Shown: one piece after another, positions 27,475 to 40,506 of the stretch
Numbering within the stretch: position 1 is the first letter of the stretch
How the letters are laid out: each line of letters starts with the position of its first letter
Source of the DNA: Lama glama
Lineage: Eukaryota
Assembly: GCA_028534125.1 (NCBI GenBank)
Contig: CM052816.1
Span: 49,788,001 to 49,852,000 of the forward strand
Length of the DNA: 64,000 nt
Direction: 5' to 3'
Position numbers and translations under genes: made by a program
Notes under the pieces: model-generated
Databases searched by the model: none
What the model saw: only the letters and a program-made list of their open reading frames with translations
What the model was told of the DNA's origin: nothing

Positions 27475-28804
27475 TGGAGAGGATTTTTTAACTAGTTATC
27501 TTCCCAGTAAAAAATTGTTGGTACAACCATGACATTGTGTTTTCTTGACCAGTAATGTCACGTAGAGAAACAACAGAAAAGCAGTTAGCATTTTCTGATG
27601 TGACACATTGTGGCCTTCTTAGCTGTCAGTTGGTTTTGTCTGTAGAGCATGCTTAGGAAGTTGTGCCAGCTCAACCCAGCAAAACCTTTATTAAGAAACC
27701 GCTACATGTAAGGCACTTTTAATACAGATCCAGGCGTGAAGTTCAGTGCACTAAGCCTAGTGCCCTAAATAACCTGCTCTGTCTGAGCCAAACCTTGGGA
27801 GGTGAGGGTCTAAAACAGCAGAAGCATGTTTGCAGTACAACTTTAACTCAGAAAATCTGCAGGCGGGCAGAGTGATCCTGGGCCAGGGGTAGGCATAGGT
27901 CCAGAGGAATGGGCTTTTCTGCATGCTGAACATGAGAGTGGCACGTCCTTTCGGTGTATCTCAGAGTGAGGTCTGTACATGCCCTGCTGCAGCAACCTCG
28001 TGTTAAGTGCGGGATGCTGAGTATTTTTAGACTGAAATAAGTCTTGCTTAGGCCTGGTATTCTAAGTTTATAATGTAGCATATTTTAGGACAAAATCCAG
28101 CTTGAAACAGATTGCTGACTATTTAAATCGAGAAGTGACTTAGCTGGAACAAAAAAGAAAAACATTTCTAGATCAAAAAAAAAAATTGCTGGAGAAGGGG
28201 AGCAGTGAGAGTGGGAGTAAAACAGATCTGTGAGAAAGAGCCAAGACACACAACTTAAGGAGAAAACACCTCCACCCAGCAGGAAACCCTGACTTTAAGA
28301 AATACCACTGAAAAAGAGATGCTACCAGACTCCTCATTGCGTCATCTTAGCTTAGGACTTAAAGACGTGTAGGCACTGAAGAATCCAGCCCTGGAGGTGT
28401 TCGTATTCTCAGTGACAGTTTGAATTCCTGTGTTTACAGCCTTGACGACAGCACAGTGACTCAGAGGACTGTAAGGGGTTTTTTTCCATTTATTGAGTGT
28501 CAGCAACATTACGAGCACTTTGAAGACCAGCGGCTGTGCCTAGACGTTTCTGTGCAATTAGATTTGGATTTAGGACAGCAAAAGCAATCCATATTTTCAA
28601 GTCCAGACAGCTGTGGAAAAGAGAGGAAATTCATGTTTAAAGACAGGGTTCCCCTAATATTGTAAGGCTAGGGTTCTTTTTGTTTGAGTCTTAGGGTTAC
28701 TGTAAGTTTGATGAATGTGGTGAGAAACTTTGAGATTCTTCAGGAATTTCTGAAATAGTCGCAGAGAAGGGGAAGAAATCATTGAGTGAGAATTCATATG
28801 TGCA

Positions 28805-28992
28805 CTGGAACTCTGACCCAGAAAGACATGGATTTGAATCTGGGGTCCTCCCTTTACTATTTCTCTTGGAGTCCAACATCATGTGACATTACCTCCCTAA
28901 GCATCTGTTCCCTCTCAAGTGGAAATAATACCCCACCGTACAAGATCGTTAAGCGTCAAGGAAGGCAAGCAAGGAAGCACTTAGCATGGTGT
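28805..28992 (+). mobile_element. MIR SINE
   Basis: gacatggatttgaatctgg...acctccctaagcatctgttccctc...gcacttagcatggt. Confidence 0.6.
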
Positions 28993-29834
28993 GAGGCTGC
29001 AACAGTTTCCTTCCCAGGATATCATAATTTCACTAGCCCACATTGCTCCTGGACACCCAAGATATTTTAGATGATATAATACGTGTTTGGAAAATAGCAG
29101 AAACAAAATCGTTTTTAGATTTTTGATAAAGTTTCTAGAATATTTTAATAAAGCATTAAAGGCAGTTTTCTGACTTCATCCATTGTCCAGTTTGAGCCTA
29201 ATGTCTTTAAATTAATGGTCCAGAAAGTGAGGGGAAAGTGTGTTTTTTAGGAAATATATTCCTAGGCAGTGAAACATTGGGAGCTGTTTTTGTATCCTTA
29301 TTGATGAGCATCTGTGTCACTAAATATGGTCTAGTCAGTGCCTTCCCCCAGCTCACTCTTCTCATTCGTGGCCTGTGTCTGACCTATGACTGTCTATTTG
29401 TAGCTGGGTACCTCTCTCAGGATGGAGAACCTGAAATAGAAACAAAAGGACATAGTGGTTGAAAGTCACCAAGATCACACATGGGATTGTGACAATTAAA
29501 GATGATAAGGATCAAAGATGTAAGAGGACATTTATTTAGTCAGAGGAAGTAGGAGGAAGTAGGTGGCTATTGTAGGAGGAGAGAGGAAGATATAGATCAA
29601 GGAACATTAATACAATAAATGCTAAAGGTCTTGTAAGAATTGTCCACATGGAAAACAAAGTTTCCTATAATTTTTCTTTTAATTAGCATCATAAATAGAA
29701 GAAAAGATGCATGAATAAGAGAACAGAGAGTAGGAATACTAACTTATTCAATGTTACATGGTCTTTGACGAAAATCATCCTGATTGTTTTTGCATTTCAA
29801 TTTTGCATTTGAAGAACTTAATGCTTACAAATCA

Positions 29835-31774
29835 CCATGGATCTCGTGTCCTTTAGTATATATTTTGCAGGAATGAACACATCCTAAGCACAGGTCCCAC
29901 AAGTCATAGATGTGTATTTTAATTCTCTTTCATTTTTGAAAAATACTTGACTTCCTCTTCCACATTTTTAGGATTGTAGTCTTCTGAAAGAGGATTTTCA
30001 GTAGACAGTGATTACTATTACTCAATTTTATATTACTTAACTGATTAAAATTCATGGAAACAGGGTTGACTTTTTATTTAATATTTAATTATGAAACATC
30101 AAATATTATTTTCATTTCTGATATGTACACAGCTACAATTTTATTTTTATTATTATTGAATTGACCAATAAAGCCAAGAAACTGAGTTATAAGCACAAGC
30201 CCTGGGAGGTAATTACAATCAGCCCCAGGAAGGTCAGCCTCGCCCATCCCGTACCATCTCAGTTCCCCAAAAATCACCCATGAGGGGAATCAGTTTAATA
30301 CAAAATTGACTGGTAGGCTGAAATGACCATCATTTTATTTAAAAGTGATCAAAATGGTTGCTCAAGTTTTAAACTAAGTTTATCCAGGGGCATAATCAAA
30401 ATTACAAGCCAATAATAGACTCAGTCATGCATTTCAAAGTGCAAATAATCAAGTAAATTTTTGGCTTTAGCATATGTATTTTTGAATCTCTTACGTTCAA
30501 GAGAATTGAACATTTATAATGGATTATATTGTGGCATTTAAATTATGCCTTTTCCTTTTCTTAGGTGGATCTTCTGGTTCCTACCAAGGTGACTGGCATT
30601 ATTACACAAGGAGCTAAAGATTTTGGTCATGTGCAGTTTGTAGGGTCCTACAAACTAGCTTACAGCAATGATGGAGAACACTGGACGGTATACCAGGATG
30701 AAAAGCAAAGAAAAGATAAGGTAAGTCATCCAGGTAATTTATAACATGCAGAAGTGGAGAATCAAATGGCTTAATATATTTTTTTTATTTCCTTGATTAT
30801 TTTGATAACTAGGAATTACAGAATTATAATTACAGAAATTAAAAGATTTGATTATTATACTAATTTGTTGAAATTAAAATGTGGGATGTTTCTCTGCTCA
30901 GTTTCCTAGATTGTTTTAATTCATAGATTTAATTTTTGTGACCTGTATAATCTGTGTTTTGATATGATAATGATCAGTTTATATCGAGGCACCTACATTT
31001 CTACACCATACAGTTTCTAATTGTTTTTCTAAAAGTTCTTTCTATGTTGAATACCGTTTCATAGTATCTACTGGTCTCAATGTGTGTGGGATCCTGGAGA
31101 ATGAGAGCTCAGGGGCAATATCAAAAACTTACTGGATTAGATGTTAAAATATGGCCTTAGATTAATGAAATTGAAAGAATTCATTACTTAGAGACTCTGT
31201 GCAAAGAATCGTAGCTTTCTAAAGATATCAACAGAAACAAAATCTTAGTTCAGTGATTTGGGGGATAATGTAATACACTTTCATACATGTTAAGCATTTC
31301 TGAGCTAATAATGATTTTTCCATTTTGTGAAACCCTTTATGCCTTTACTGTTGTATTTTTAACCAGTAGAAAGGTTGGGAATATCTTCCTTTCTTCAAGT
31401 ATGCAAGATAGAGAATTTAAATTTTCCGAGAAATACTAAGACTGGAATGGCTATTTCAATAAGTCTACGAAGTCTGAATTCAGTTCACACAAACTTCATT
31501 TTGGGGGAGACATGTTTTTAGGTTTAGATTACCAGAGCCACATCTTTTTACCTTTTAACATCTCAGAACACACCTATTTTGTGTCTTAGGGCAGCCACGT
31601 TCACTTAACATCTCAGGACAGACACTTTTTGCATCTCAGGAGTTGGTATATCTCAATGTCGCAATTTAATTGGAAGGGATTACTATTTTCTAACTGTTAG
31701 TTTTAAAATTAAATTTAGCCATGAATCTTGTGTCCTTTAATATATATTTTGCAGGAATGAACACATCCTAAGCA
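29835..31774 (+). repeat. 56-bp direct repeat: 29835-29890 and 31719-31774
   Basis: ccatg(g/a)atct(c/t)gtgtccttta(g/a)tatatattttgcaggaatgaacacatcctaagca; 53/56 identical. Confidence 0.95.
30565..30720 (+). CDS. EDIL3: EDIL3 (Del-1) penultimate coding exon, second discoidin (F5/8 type C) domain; 156 nt, phase 0/0
   Basis: Polypyrimidine tract plus ttag| acceptor (30561-30564) and AAG|gtaagt donor. Translates [52 protein letters not shown], recognised as the EDIL3 C2 domain. Absent from the ORF track. Confidence 0.97.
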
Positions 31775-33891
31775 TTGTAATTTTGATTTGCATTTCTCTG
31801 ATGGTTAGTGATATTGAGCATTTTTTCATGTGTGTATTGGCCATTTATTTCTATGTTTTCACTGGAGAATTGCTTGTTTAGGTCTTCTGCCCAATTTTGG
31901 ATTGGGTCTTTTTTTTTTTTTTCTCATTAAGTTGTATGAGCTGTTTATATATTCTGGAAGTTAAGCCCTTGTCATTCTGATCTTTTGCAAATATTTTCTC
32001 CCATTCTGTAGATTGTCTTTTTGTTTTGCTTATGGTTTCCTTTGCTGTGCAAAAGCTTATACGTTTAATTAGGTCCCATTTGTTTATTTTTGCTCCTCTA
32101 TCTACTGCCTCTCTAGACGGCCCTAGGAGAATACTGCTAAGATTTATATCAGAGAATGTTTTGCCCATGTTCTCTCCTAGGAGGTTTATGATGTCTTATG
32201 TTTAAGACTTTAAGCCATTTTGAGTTTATATTTGTCAATGGAGTGAGAAAGTGTTCTAATTTTATTGATTTACATGCGACCATCCAGCTTTCCCAACAGC
32301 AGTTGTCACAAAAACTGTCTTTTCTCCATTGTATATTCTTGCCTCCTTTGTTGCAGATTAATTGACTGTAGCTGTGTAGGTTTATTTCTGGGTTCTCTAT
32401 TCTGTTCCATTGATCCATATGTCTGGTTTTGTGCCAGTACCATGCTGTTTTGATTACTATAGTTTTGTAGTATTGTCTGAAGTCTAGGAGGGTTATTCCT
32501 TCATACCTTTTTCTTCAGTATTGCTTTGACAGTTCTGGGTCTTTTGTGACTCCATATAAATTTTAGGAATATTTGTTCTATTTCTGTGACAACGGTGCTG
32601 GGCAGTTTGACAGGTATTGCATTAAATCTGTAGATTGCTTTGGGTCATATGGACATTTTAAGAATATTAGTTCTCCCAATCCAGAAGCATGGCGTATCTT
32701 TCCATTTCTTTAAATCCTTAATTTAATTTAATTTCCTTAATCAGTGTTTTGTGGTTCTCTGTGCATTAGTCTTTCACCTCCTCGGTCAGGTTTATTCTGA
32801 ACTATTTTTTGTTTTCATGTGACTTAAAAGTGATTTTTTTTCTTCCTTTTTCTGATATTTCATTGTTAGTATAAAAAATACAACAGATTTCTGTATGTAA
32901 ATCTTGCATCCTGCTACATTGCTGAATTTGTTCATCAGCTGTAGTAGTTTTTGTGTGGAGTCTTTAGGGTTTTATATATGTAGTATCATGTCATCTGCAT
33001 ATAGTGACAGTTTTACCTTTTCTCTTCTAATTTGGATCCCTTTTATTTCTTTTTCATGTCTGACTGCTATGCCTAGGACTTCCAGTACTATGTTGAACAG
33101 AAGTGGCAAAATTGGGCATCTTTTTTCTTATTCCAGATTTCTATAGGAAGGCTCTCAACTTTTCATGACTGAGTATTATACTGGCTGTAGGTTTGTCATA
33201 AATACCTCTTATTATGTTGAGATATGTTCCCTCTATACCCACTTTGGTAAGAGCTTTTATCGTAAATGGGTGTTGAATTTTATCAAATGTTTTTTCTGCA
33301 TCTATTGAGGTGACCATGTGATTTCTGTCCTTTCTCTTGTTGATACAGTGTATCACACTGATTAATTTTGCATATGTTGCACCATCCTTGAGACCCTGGG
33401 ATGAATACAAATTGATCATAGTGTATATGACTTTTTTTATGTGTTGTTGGATTCTGTTTGCTAAGATTTTGTTGAGAATCTTTGCATTTGTATTCATCAA
33501 AGAATTGCATCTCAGGTTAGGGATTGCATAGATCCTCTATGCCAGCCTCTGTTCTGTCTGCCACAGAGCAGCTTCTGTGCTTTCCTCTGAGCCTCTGAAG
33601 CTCCCCTTCTATCCCATCTAAGCTCCTGCTGGAGACGGGGCTTCCCAGGATGAGGGTCTTTTCCTCTTTTGCAGCTCCCTCCCCGAGGGGCAGGTCCTGT
33701 CCCAATTTCTTTTCTCTTTTTTCTCCTACCAGCTTTCATGATGATTTTCCTTGTAGTTCTACTTGTACAAGACCTTCTAGCAGTGTTCAATAGGTATTCT
33801 GTAAGAACTGTTCCAAATGTAGATGTGTTTTTTATGTATTTGTGGGAGAAGATGAGCTCCCATCCTTCTATTCTGCCATCTTGACGTCCTC
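31775..33891 (-). mobile_element. Rearranged L1: 5' UTR (33510-33891) joined to ORF2 RT and downstream region (31775-33500), no 3' end
   Basis: ORF track 33141..33500(-) [21 protein letters not shown]...[13 protein letters not shown] is L1 RT. The 5' end reads GAGGACGTCAAGATGGCAG on the minus strand. Confidence 0.9.
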
Positions 33892-34725
33892 ATCCATATA
33901 TTCTTTATAGATGTGTTCTTCTTCTTTTGAGATCCTGCACAACTCAGCAGTTAATTTTTCTAAAGTTGAATGACCTATCTCCTGTTGATTCTTATTATTA
34001 TTTGTGTCTTGTTTCCATGGTTACTTTCCATAAAAGTCTTCAATATTTATAAGTGTAAATTCAACTACACGTTTTTATGTAAATAAATACGTTTTATATG
34101 TTTTTTTATATTTACACAGTTCAAAGGGAAATATCTACAAAGTTATCTAACTTCTTTTTTGTGCTTTTCTGTTTTTATTGACTGCTTGCTCTAATCAGTT
34201 TTGGGAGTATGGATGTGGAAGTCTGATGTAGATCCAGAAACAAGATTAACATCAGAAAAACAATCTCAAACTCATAGCAGTTTTCTAGGTTTACTACAAG
34301 TGGTATAAATGAAATTCTAAAAGTATGAATGCCCTTTCTGTTTTTCATTAATATAACTGACTAAGCTTCAGGAAAGCAATGCCAAAAAAACTTATATATG
34401 TGCATAGGAGTTTCTAAATACACATATGAATGGGCATGTAAATATATGTGTATATGTGTACATGCAAACCAAAGGCAACTGCAAAAAAAAAAAAACAGAT
34501 GCCTTGTTCTCTTCATCGAGGTGTTACTTTCTCATTACCCTCTCAGAGCTTTAATCAGAATTGTAATTTACTGTAGTATTCTATTTTTGGACACAATTTC
34601 ACAGTAAATCTTTTGCTATTGAGCATGTGATGCTACTATCTCATTACAGATCCTACATTCTTATTTTTCTCTTTCTAGTCTAAAATATTTTCTAACATTT
34701 AACTAATTTTTATATTTCTCTATAC

Positions 34726-34804
34726 GGATTCAGATACATTTTTATTTGAAAGTCAAATGTCTACAACATGGATTCAAATACATTTTTATTTGAAAGTCAA
34801 ATGT
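34726..34804 (+). repeat. Tandem duplication, 35 bp x2 with a 9-bp spacer
   Basis: ggattca(g/a)atacatttttatttgaaagtcaaatgt at 34726-34760 and 34770-34804; 34/35 identical. Confidence 0.95.
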
Positions 34805-35303
34805 TCCTTTGCTCTCATGAAAGTGACATTTGTTTTTATACTCTTGGAAGCCTCTTTTTACTGCAGTTAGCAGGAAAATTGCAAAATCTGACAAGACACT
34901 TTTTGTATTTAATTTTTAAGGTTATAAGCCAAAGTAAAACAACAATAAATTTCAGGAAGAGTACTTATATGGAAAAATTAGAAATGAAAATGGATTTTCT
35001 TATCCAGTATATTAGTCATAATGTCGTGGTACTTAAATAAACCTGAGTTTACACCATGTGAGCTTTCTTCTTTGGAAGAAGGGAAAAAAAAGCTGGTATA
35101 ATCTTTTGTCTTTCCCCCTAAAATTACCTAGGTGTTGTTTGTTTTAAAGCATAAGTCAAAAACTTGGAACTTTATTCTGGGTTTTCTGTTTAAAAAAAAA
35201 AAATCCAAAACTCCGTTTCCAGTAAAATGTTGTTGGTTCTTAAAAAGATGAATTGCACATATTCATCAAGAAGTATTCTGCAACATCTAGGTAAACTCTA
35301 ATT

Positions 35304-35465
35304 CAGTAGTTTCCAAAATCATCTGAGCATAACACCCACGGGGGAGCTTGTTAAGAAATACAGATTGCTGGGCCCTGCCTCAGACCCTCTGGGGATGAAC
35401 TGGGAATCTAAATCTTTACAGAAGCCCCAGCTAATTTGAATAATAAGCATGTGTGAGGCAGCTGA
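35304..35465 (+). mobile_element. MER5-like hAT-Charlie MITE
   Basis: cagtagtttccaaa...ggagcttgttaagaaatacagattgctgggccctgcctcaga. Confidence 0.7.
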
Positions 35466-38400
35466 CTCTAACTGACACCAAAACTCAAATTAAGCTTTTG
35501 AAACTAAAAGTAGTGTTATATTTTTCTAGTCAGAATGGAATTTATTATATTGTAATTCTGTAGGATTTGGGTTGGCCTCTAATTTGTCAGTGGTAGTCAG
35601 TATGAATCAATGTCTCCTAGAGTAAGTTTAAATTTTAATGTTTGCCAATTCTATACAAATACCAGAAAGCAAACAGGTATTAGCTTTAAACAAATTTTAA
35701 ATTTAGATGATAGATTTAAGTCGTTAGGAACACAGATTATGTGGGAAAGCATCTAGGAGAATGTGACATTTCTATTCATTCAGTCACGTGTTCAGTGGGA
35801 GGTTACTGTGTACTCCATGCCAGGTGTGAGGGGGAAAAGTCTGAATACGACACAGTGGCTCAAAGAACTCCCAGGGGCTTTGATTCAATCAACTTATTTT
35901 TAAGAAGCAAAATTTAATGTACCATGTTATTTTCTAAAACAACTCTAGGAAAGAAATAGCATATAGATGCCCGTTTCAAAAAGTTTGTGACTCTCTAACA
36001 GGGAAAAAAAAAATCCTGGTCCTTCTCCACTTCCTTTCTTTTCTCAGCATCAGTGTGAAAAGAGAAACAGTGACATAACAAACCTCATTAATAAAGCCTC
36101 CATAATCTGTATTGGAGGATATCTTCAAGCCCAACAGGAGTTACAGGTGCCACAGGGCACGCCGTCTCTCCTGCTGATGCTGGCTGGCACTCTCGGGTAG
36201 CTGAAATTAAATTTGAATATTTAGAGCCCTGGAAGTCCAGCTCATCAGTGAAGCAGGTTCAATTGAGATGTCTTGCCCAGTAGTCAGTACCCATGCTATT
36301 CTTTGGAAATTTGATCTGAATCAGGAATTTAGAACCTGAAGAATGCTCTAGGAAGTGAATAAAAGGAATCCTCTGTGGCAGTGAGGAGGATGGTGGTAGG
36401 GGAATACGAAAGGGGGTAATTAAGTCTTTCAAGGAGGACCAGCCACATGTTTCTGAGCAGCAAGATCAAGTACAGATGCTTGCAATCTTGCAGGGAGACC
36501 CTCAGTCTCATCCAGAGTCCTCTTACCTGTTTTCAAATAAGGCAGGGAGGGAAAGAAAAGAAGCTGCTTTTCCGAAAGCAATTTCCAAGAGCTAATTGGC
36601 TTTGCACAAAATGCTCGAATTCAAAAATACCAAGTGAGTTGTGCTTTTACTTGCTAGAGAGTCATAATGTAGTCACAGGAGTGTACTTACTTAGGGGTCT
36701 GGTGAGCGAGTGAACTAACTGGAACTAAGTTAAGGAGACAGCAATAGAATTTCAGCATTGTCTAAAAATAAGGACCGTGTTATTTAAATAAACGCCATCT
36801 GGTATCAACTGTTATTTACAATTCTATCTGCTGTGTTCTTTGCGGTAATTCAATATTACGGGACTGAGTAGGATAGAGTTGGTGTGAACACAAAATTGCC
36901 TATGTTCACATAGATGTGGGTGTTACTGGATTTTTGAACTTAGGACACCACCTGAGAATGTTTCCGTTTTGGCAGAATATAAAGTTCAGTGATGAGTGCA
37001 CCCTTTTTAATTTAAATTGTATTAAGTAGCTCTGCTCAGGAATGGATAGAGGAAGATAATAGTTAATGTCATGATTCCACTTTTAATGCAATAAAAAAAA
37101 TACATGGAATTAGGAATTGAAGGGAATTGTAGGCGCTAATATGTTCATCAAGACTGAATGAAGGTTGATAATATGCGGAGACAAAACGTTTAGTGAAAAC
37201 ACGTAAGCTCAGTTATTTCCATAAGCTATATGCACCAACTGCAGAATTCAAGGAGATCCTGTAATTCCTTACATAGCTTTAATAATACATGTTCTTGCCC
37301 AAAATAGAATGGGATCCCTGTAAATTTTTCTAAGGCCTCTGACCAAGAAGTCCACATCTGAGGAAATATCCCAGGATAGAAGAATTAATTTATCAAAGTG
37401 AAAGTTGTTTGCAGACCTAGGTCTGCCTGCTGGATTGGGAAAGGGCAACCACGCTGAACAAATTTAAATTCGGAAAGCAGCATATTGTCACCAGTGAGTA
37501 GTGTGAGAGCAGTTGTAAAGGTGCACAGAGAATGTGACAGGGACTCACTTAGAGTTGGTTGTGAAGTAGGGGCTTGGGGTCAGAAACATGGCAGAGACTG
37601 AATGCAAGTCCAAGGCAGACAGGGCTGGATCATGTTTAACATGAGCTCCACATGGCCTGCCTACCCAGCGATGTTTGCTCCTGAACCTCGTGTGAAAAGG
37701 GTTTAAGAGCAAGAAAGGAAGAGAGGAAAGAAATGGGGGCTGACGGGATAGAGGTGAGCAGGGAGAGGGTTAGTAATTTAAAGAACTTTGATTGTAGACT
37801 CAAGGAACTAGCTGCATGCTACAAGTAGAAGACAAGCTGGAATGACAGACTAACCACAGGAACAGTCAGAAGCCAGTGTATCTCAGGAGTTCATTAATTT
37901 TAAAGCATTCTGTTTATTTGGAGACAGAATTAGAAACCTAGTTGTCTGTCTTCAAGGACTGATTCTGATATTGCAATGAAAATTCTCTGTATGTCAATTC
38001 AGTCTATAATATTAAAGACTAGCAATGTGAAACATACGGTAAATTTTGGCTATTGAAGCCTTTGTATTTCTTAGAAGGTGTTTGGATTTTTTTTAATCTT
38101 CCTCATTTAAAACAGCAACAACAACAAAAAGCAGAGTGATTGTCTAAACAGGACACACCATCAAGTAGTAGGAAAAAACAATCAAGCAACAGGCACAAAA
38201 TCCATAAAACTCATCACTTTTGGGATGGGTTGGAAGAGGAATCGCATCCCTGTCACCATGACTCATATTTAGTGACAGATAACATACCAGCACAGATGCT
38301 ACGAAACATCATTCTCAGTAAGATAGAAGTTTATGGGAAATGGAGGAAACAATGCATAGAAATGCAGTAATGAGGAACAAATATATGTTTGTTCTTTGTG

Positions 38401-40231
38401 TTAATTATATATGCTCTGAAAACTCAACTTCTCTATTTTCAGAAAATTTGATAAACTCTCTTAAAATATGAAAGCATATAGTCCTTCTAGTTAACAGATG
38501 TTTCTGCATGAATGAAAAATATATGTAAAAACAAAAGGAATATGTTATATAGTTATTCAAGTCAAATGTTCATAAATTCAAAAAAAAATTTATCATTGCC
38601 AGCTTTATGGCCTTACTTTTCCCAATGCTCAAATGCCAAAACACTTAAAAGTTTTCTAATTTTTGTCCTCCTAATCATCACTCATCAAAGGTTAATAGAA
38701 AGTTCCTCACTGAAAACTGTGAAATCTCATGTTTGTTTGGCTTCCATATTATGAGACACAATTCTGTAATAAAAATATTCCTCAACAGGAAAGAATTACC
38801 TCTTTCCCTATTTAGGTCATGCTTGTATTACTACTGTGAAGGGTTCAAGTGTTAGCACAACTATGACCCTGTGCACTGGTTAAAAATGTGAACACATAAA
38901 AAAATATTAACTGAGGGAGAGGGGAAAGGGAAACTGTTGAATCTTATGAATTTAAAAAAGTTTTGATAAAAGTCAAAAAAATGTATGTATTGAACATTGA
39001 TAGGTCCTCAATAGAATGGTCAAGGCTATCAAACTTTCATAAATTGTTAAAAATTCAATTATGTTTTTATTCATTAAAAGCTGATGATGAACCTGATAAA
39101 AGCAGGAGAGCTTAGCTGAAAAAAAATTTTAATAATTTTACCAGAAAAATTAGAGTCCTACTTAATGTGAATCTGCTAGTAATCATTCCTACTATGAAAG
39201 TGAGTACTCGATCAGTCTAAGACAGAAACCACATCATCATTTTGGTTGTTAGAACTATGTGTTGACTTCTGGTTACAGTACACCAAGGAAAGAACCCATT
39301 TTATTTGTAAATAATTACCAAACAATGAATATTTTGGCTTTTTAATATATTTTGAAGGTAAAAAATTCCGTAAGGACGTCGTATGTGGTACCAGGGCCAT
39401 TTTTATTATCTACCATCACACCATCAGCTGCAATATGTCAAGCAATTAAAAGTCTCTAATACTTTTAAAATGAATTCATATTCATGTCTGCCTTTTCACA
39501 GTTTAAAATTAAAAAAGAATAAAAGATACCTGTCACCATTCCATGTTTATGGAAAACGATAAAAAGATTTCTGAATCTGCCACGCTTTACAAAATGACCC
39601 ATTTGGCAGTGACTGTCATGTACCTCCTTCTGTTGGAACTCAAAGAGAAAGCATATTAATATGTATGGAGCGCTCTTGAGACTCACAGCTGTACTTAGCC
39701 CCTCGGGGCCCTTATTAAAGAGGCAGTGCATTTCTCATCACTATAAAGCTTCTGGTGTAATTTGAGACACAAAACTGATTAAAAGATAACTTTAAAAAAA
39801 AAATGAAAGATGAATCCAGCAATTACACCTTCACGAAAGGGCATTCCTCTTAGTTTCTCTGCGGCTGTGAACAGATTCCAAGCCCTGGAAGACCGAACGT
39901 AGAAATCAACTTCCTACTTTCCAATAAAACTGGAAACAAAATTAATTTTGTACAGATAAGTGAAATGTGAAATAGTTAATAATCAAGGGAGGCATTCCTC
40001 ACGAGTGAGCGAAAATGTACTTTCATTTCTTTTCTTCTTTTCGGTAGCTCACCAGCTGAAGCGCAGGAATAAGGAACAGCACAGTTGAGTTTTCTCCCCT
40101 GGTGTCAAGTATATTTTAATAATTAATACTCCCTTAACTCACTGAGATGAAAAAGACCTAGGATTCAGCTCAGACCAAAGCAGAGTTTGCACCTGCTCAG
40201 CTCAGGGCCTGGATTCCCTAGGCTCTTCAAC

Positions 40232-40325
40232 TAGGGTTCCCACATTAAATAAAATACAAGATACCTGTTCATTTGACTTTCAGATAAACAATGAATGCTT
40301 TTAGTGTAAGTACATCCCATATCTT
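40232..40325 (+). mobile_element. MER53-like hAT fragment (first half)
   Basis: tagggttccca...aaataaaatacaagatacctgttcatttgactttcagataaacaatgaat...ttagtgtaagtacatcccat. Confidence 0.65.
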
Positions 40326-40437
40326 GTATCTTGCTGTCCTATCTCCATTAAAGATCCCCCCCCATCTTCTAGCTGGATCAGATGGTCTCCTGAGAGTACA
40401 CAGAGGAGAAAGGAGAATGCCTTCCTTCCATGCCTAG

Positions 40438-40506
40438 ACACACACACACACACACACACACATACACATGCACACACGCACACATGCACACATGCACGCA
40501 CACACT
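40438..40506 (+). repeat. Compound (CA)n microsatellite
   Basis: Read directly; pure CA run followed by CATG/CACG-interrupted repeats. Confidence 0.9.

Noticed and set aside
1..30564. Search for the preceding EDIL3 exon (GCSEPLGMKSG...QWLQ)
   Set aside because: Not found by eye; it presumably lies upstream of the window.
33500..33515. Possibility that the L1 5' UTR-ORF2 fusion is a spliced L1 retrocopy
   Set aside because: The junction (cctgagatgcaattctttgatg on the minus strand) looks more like microhomology than a clean donor/acceptor join. It cannot be established without the consensus.
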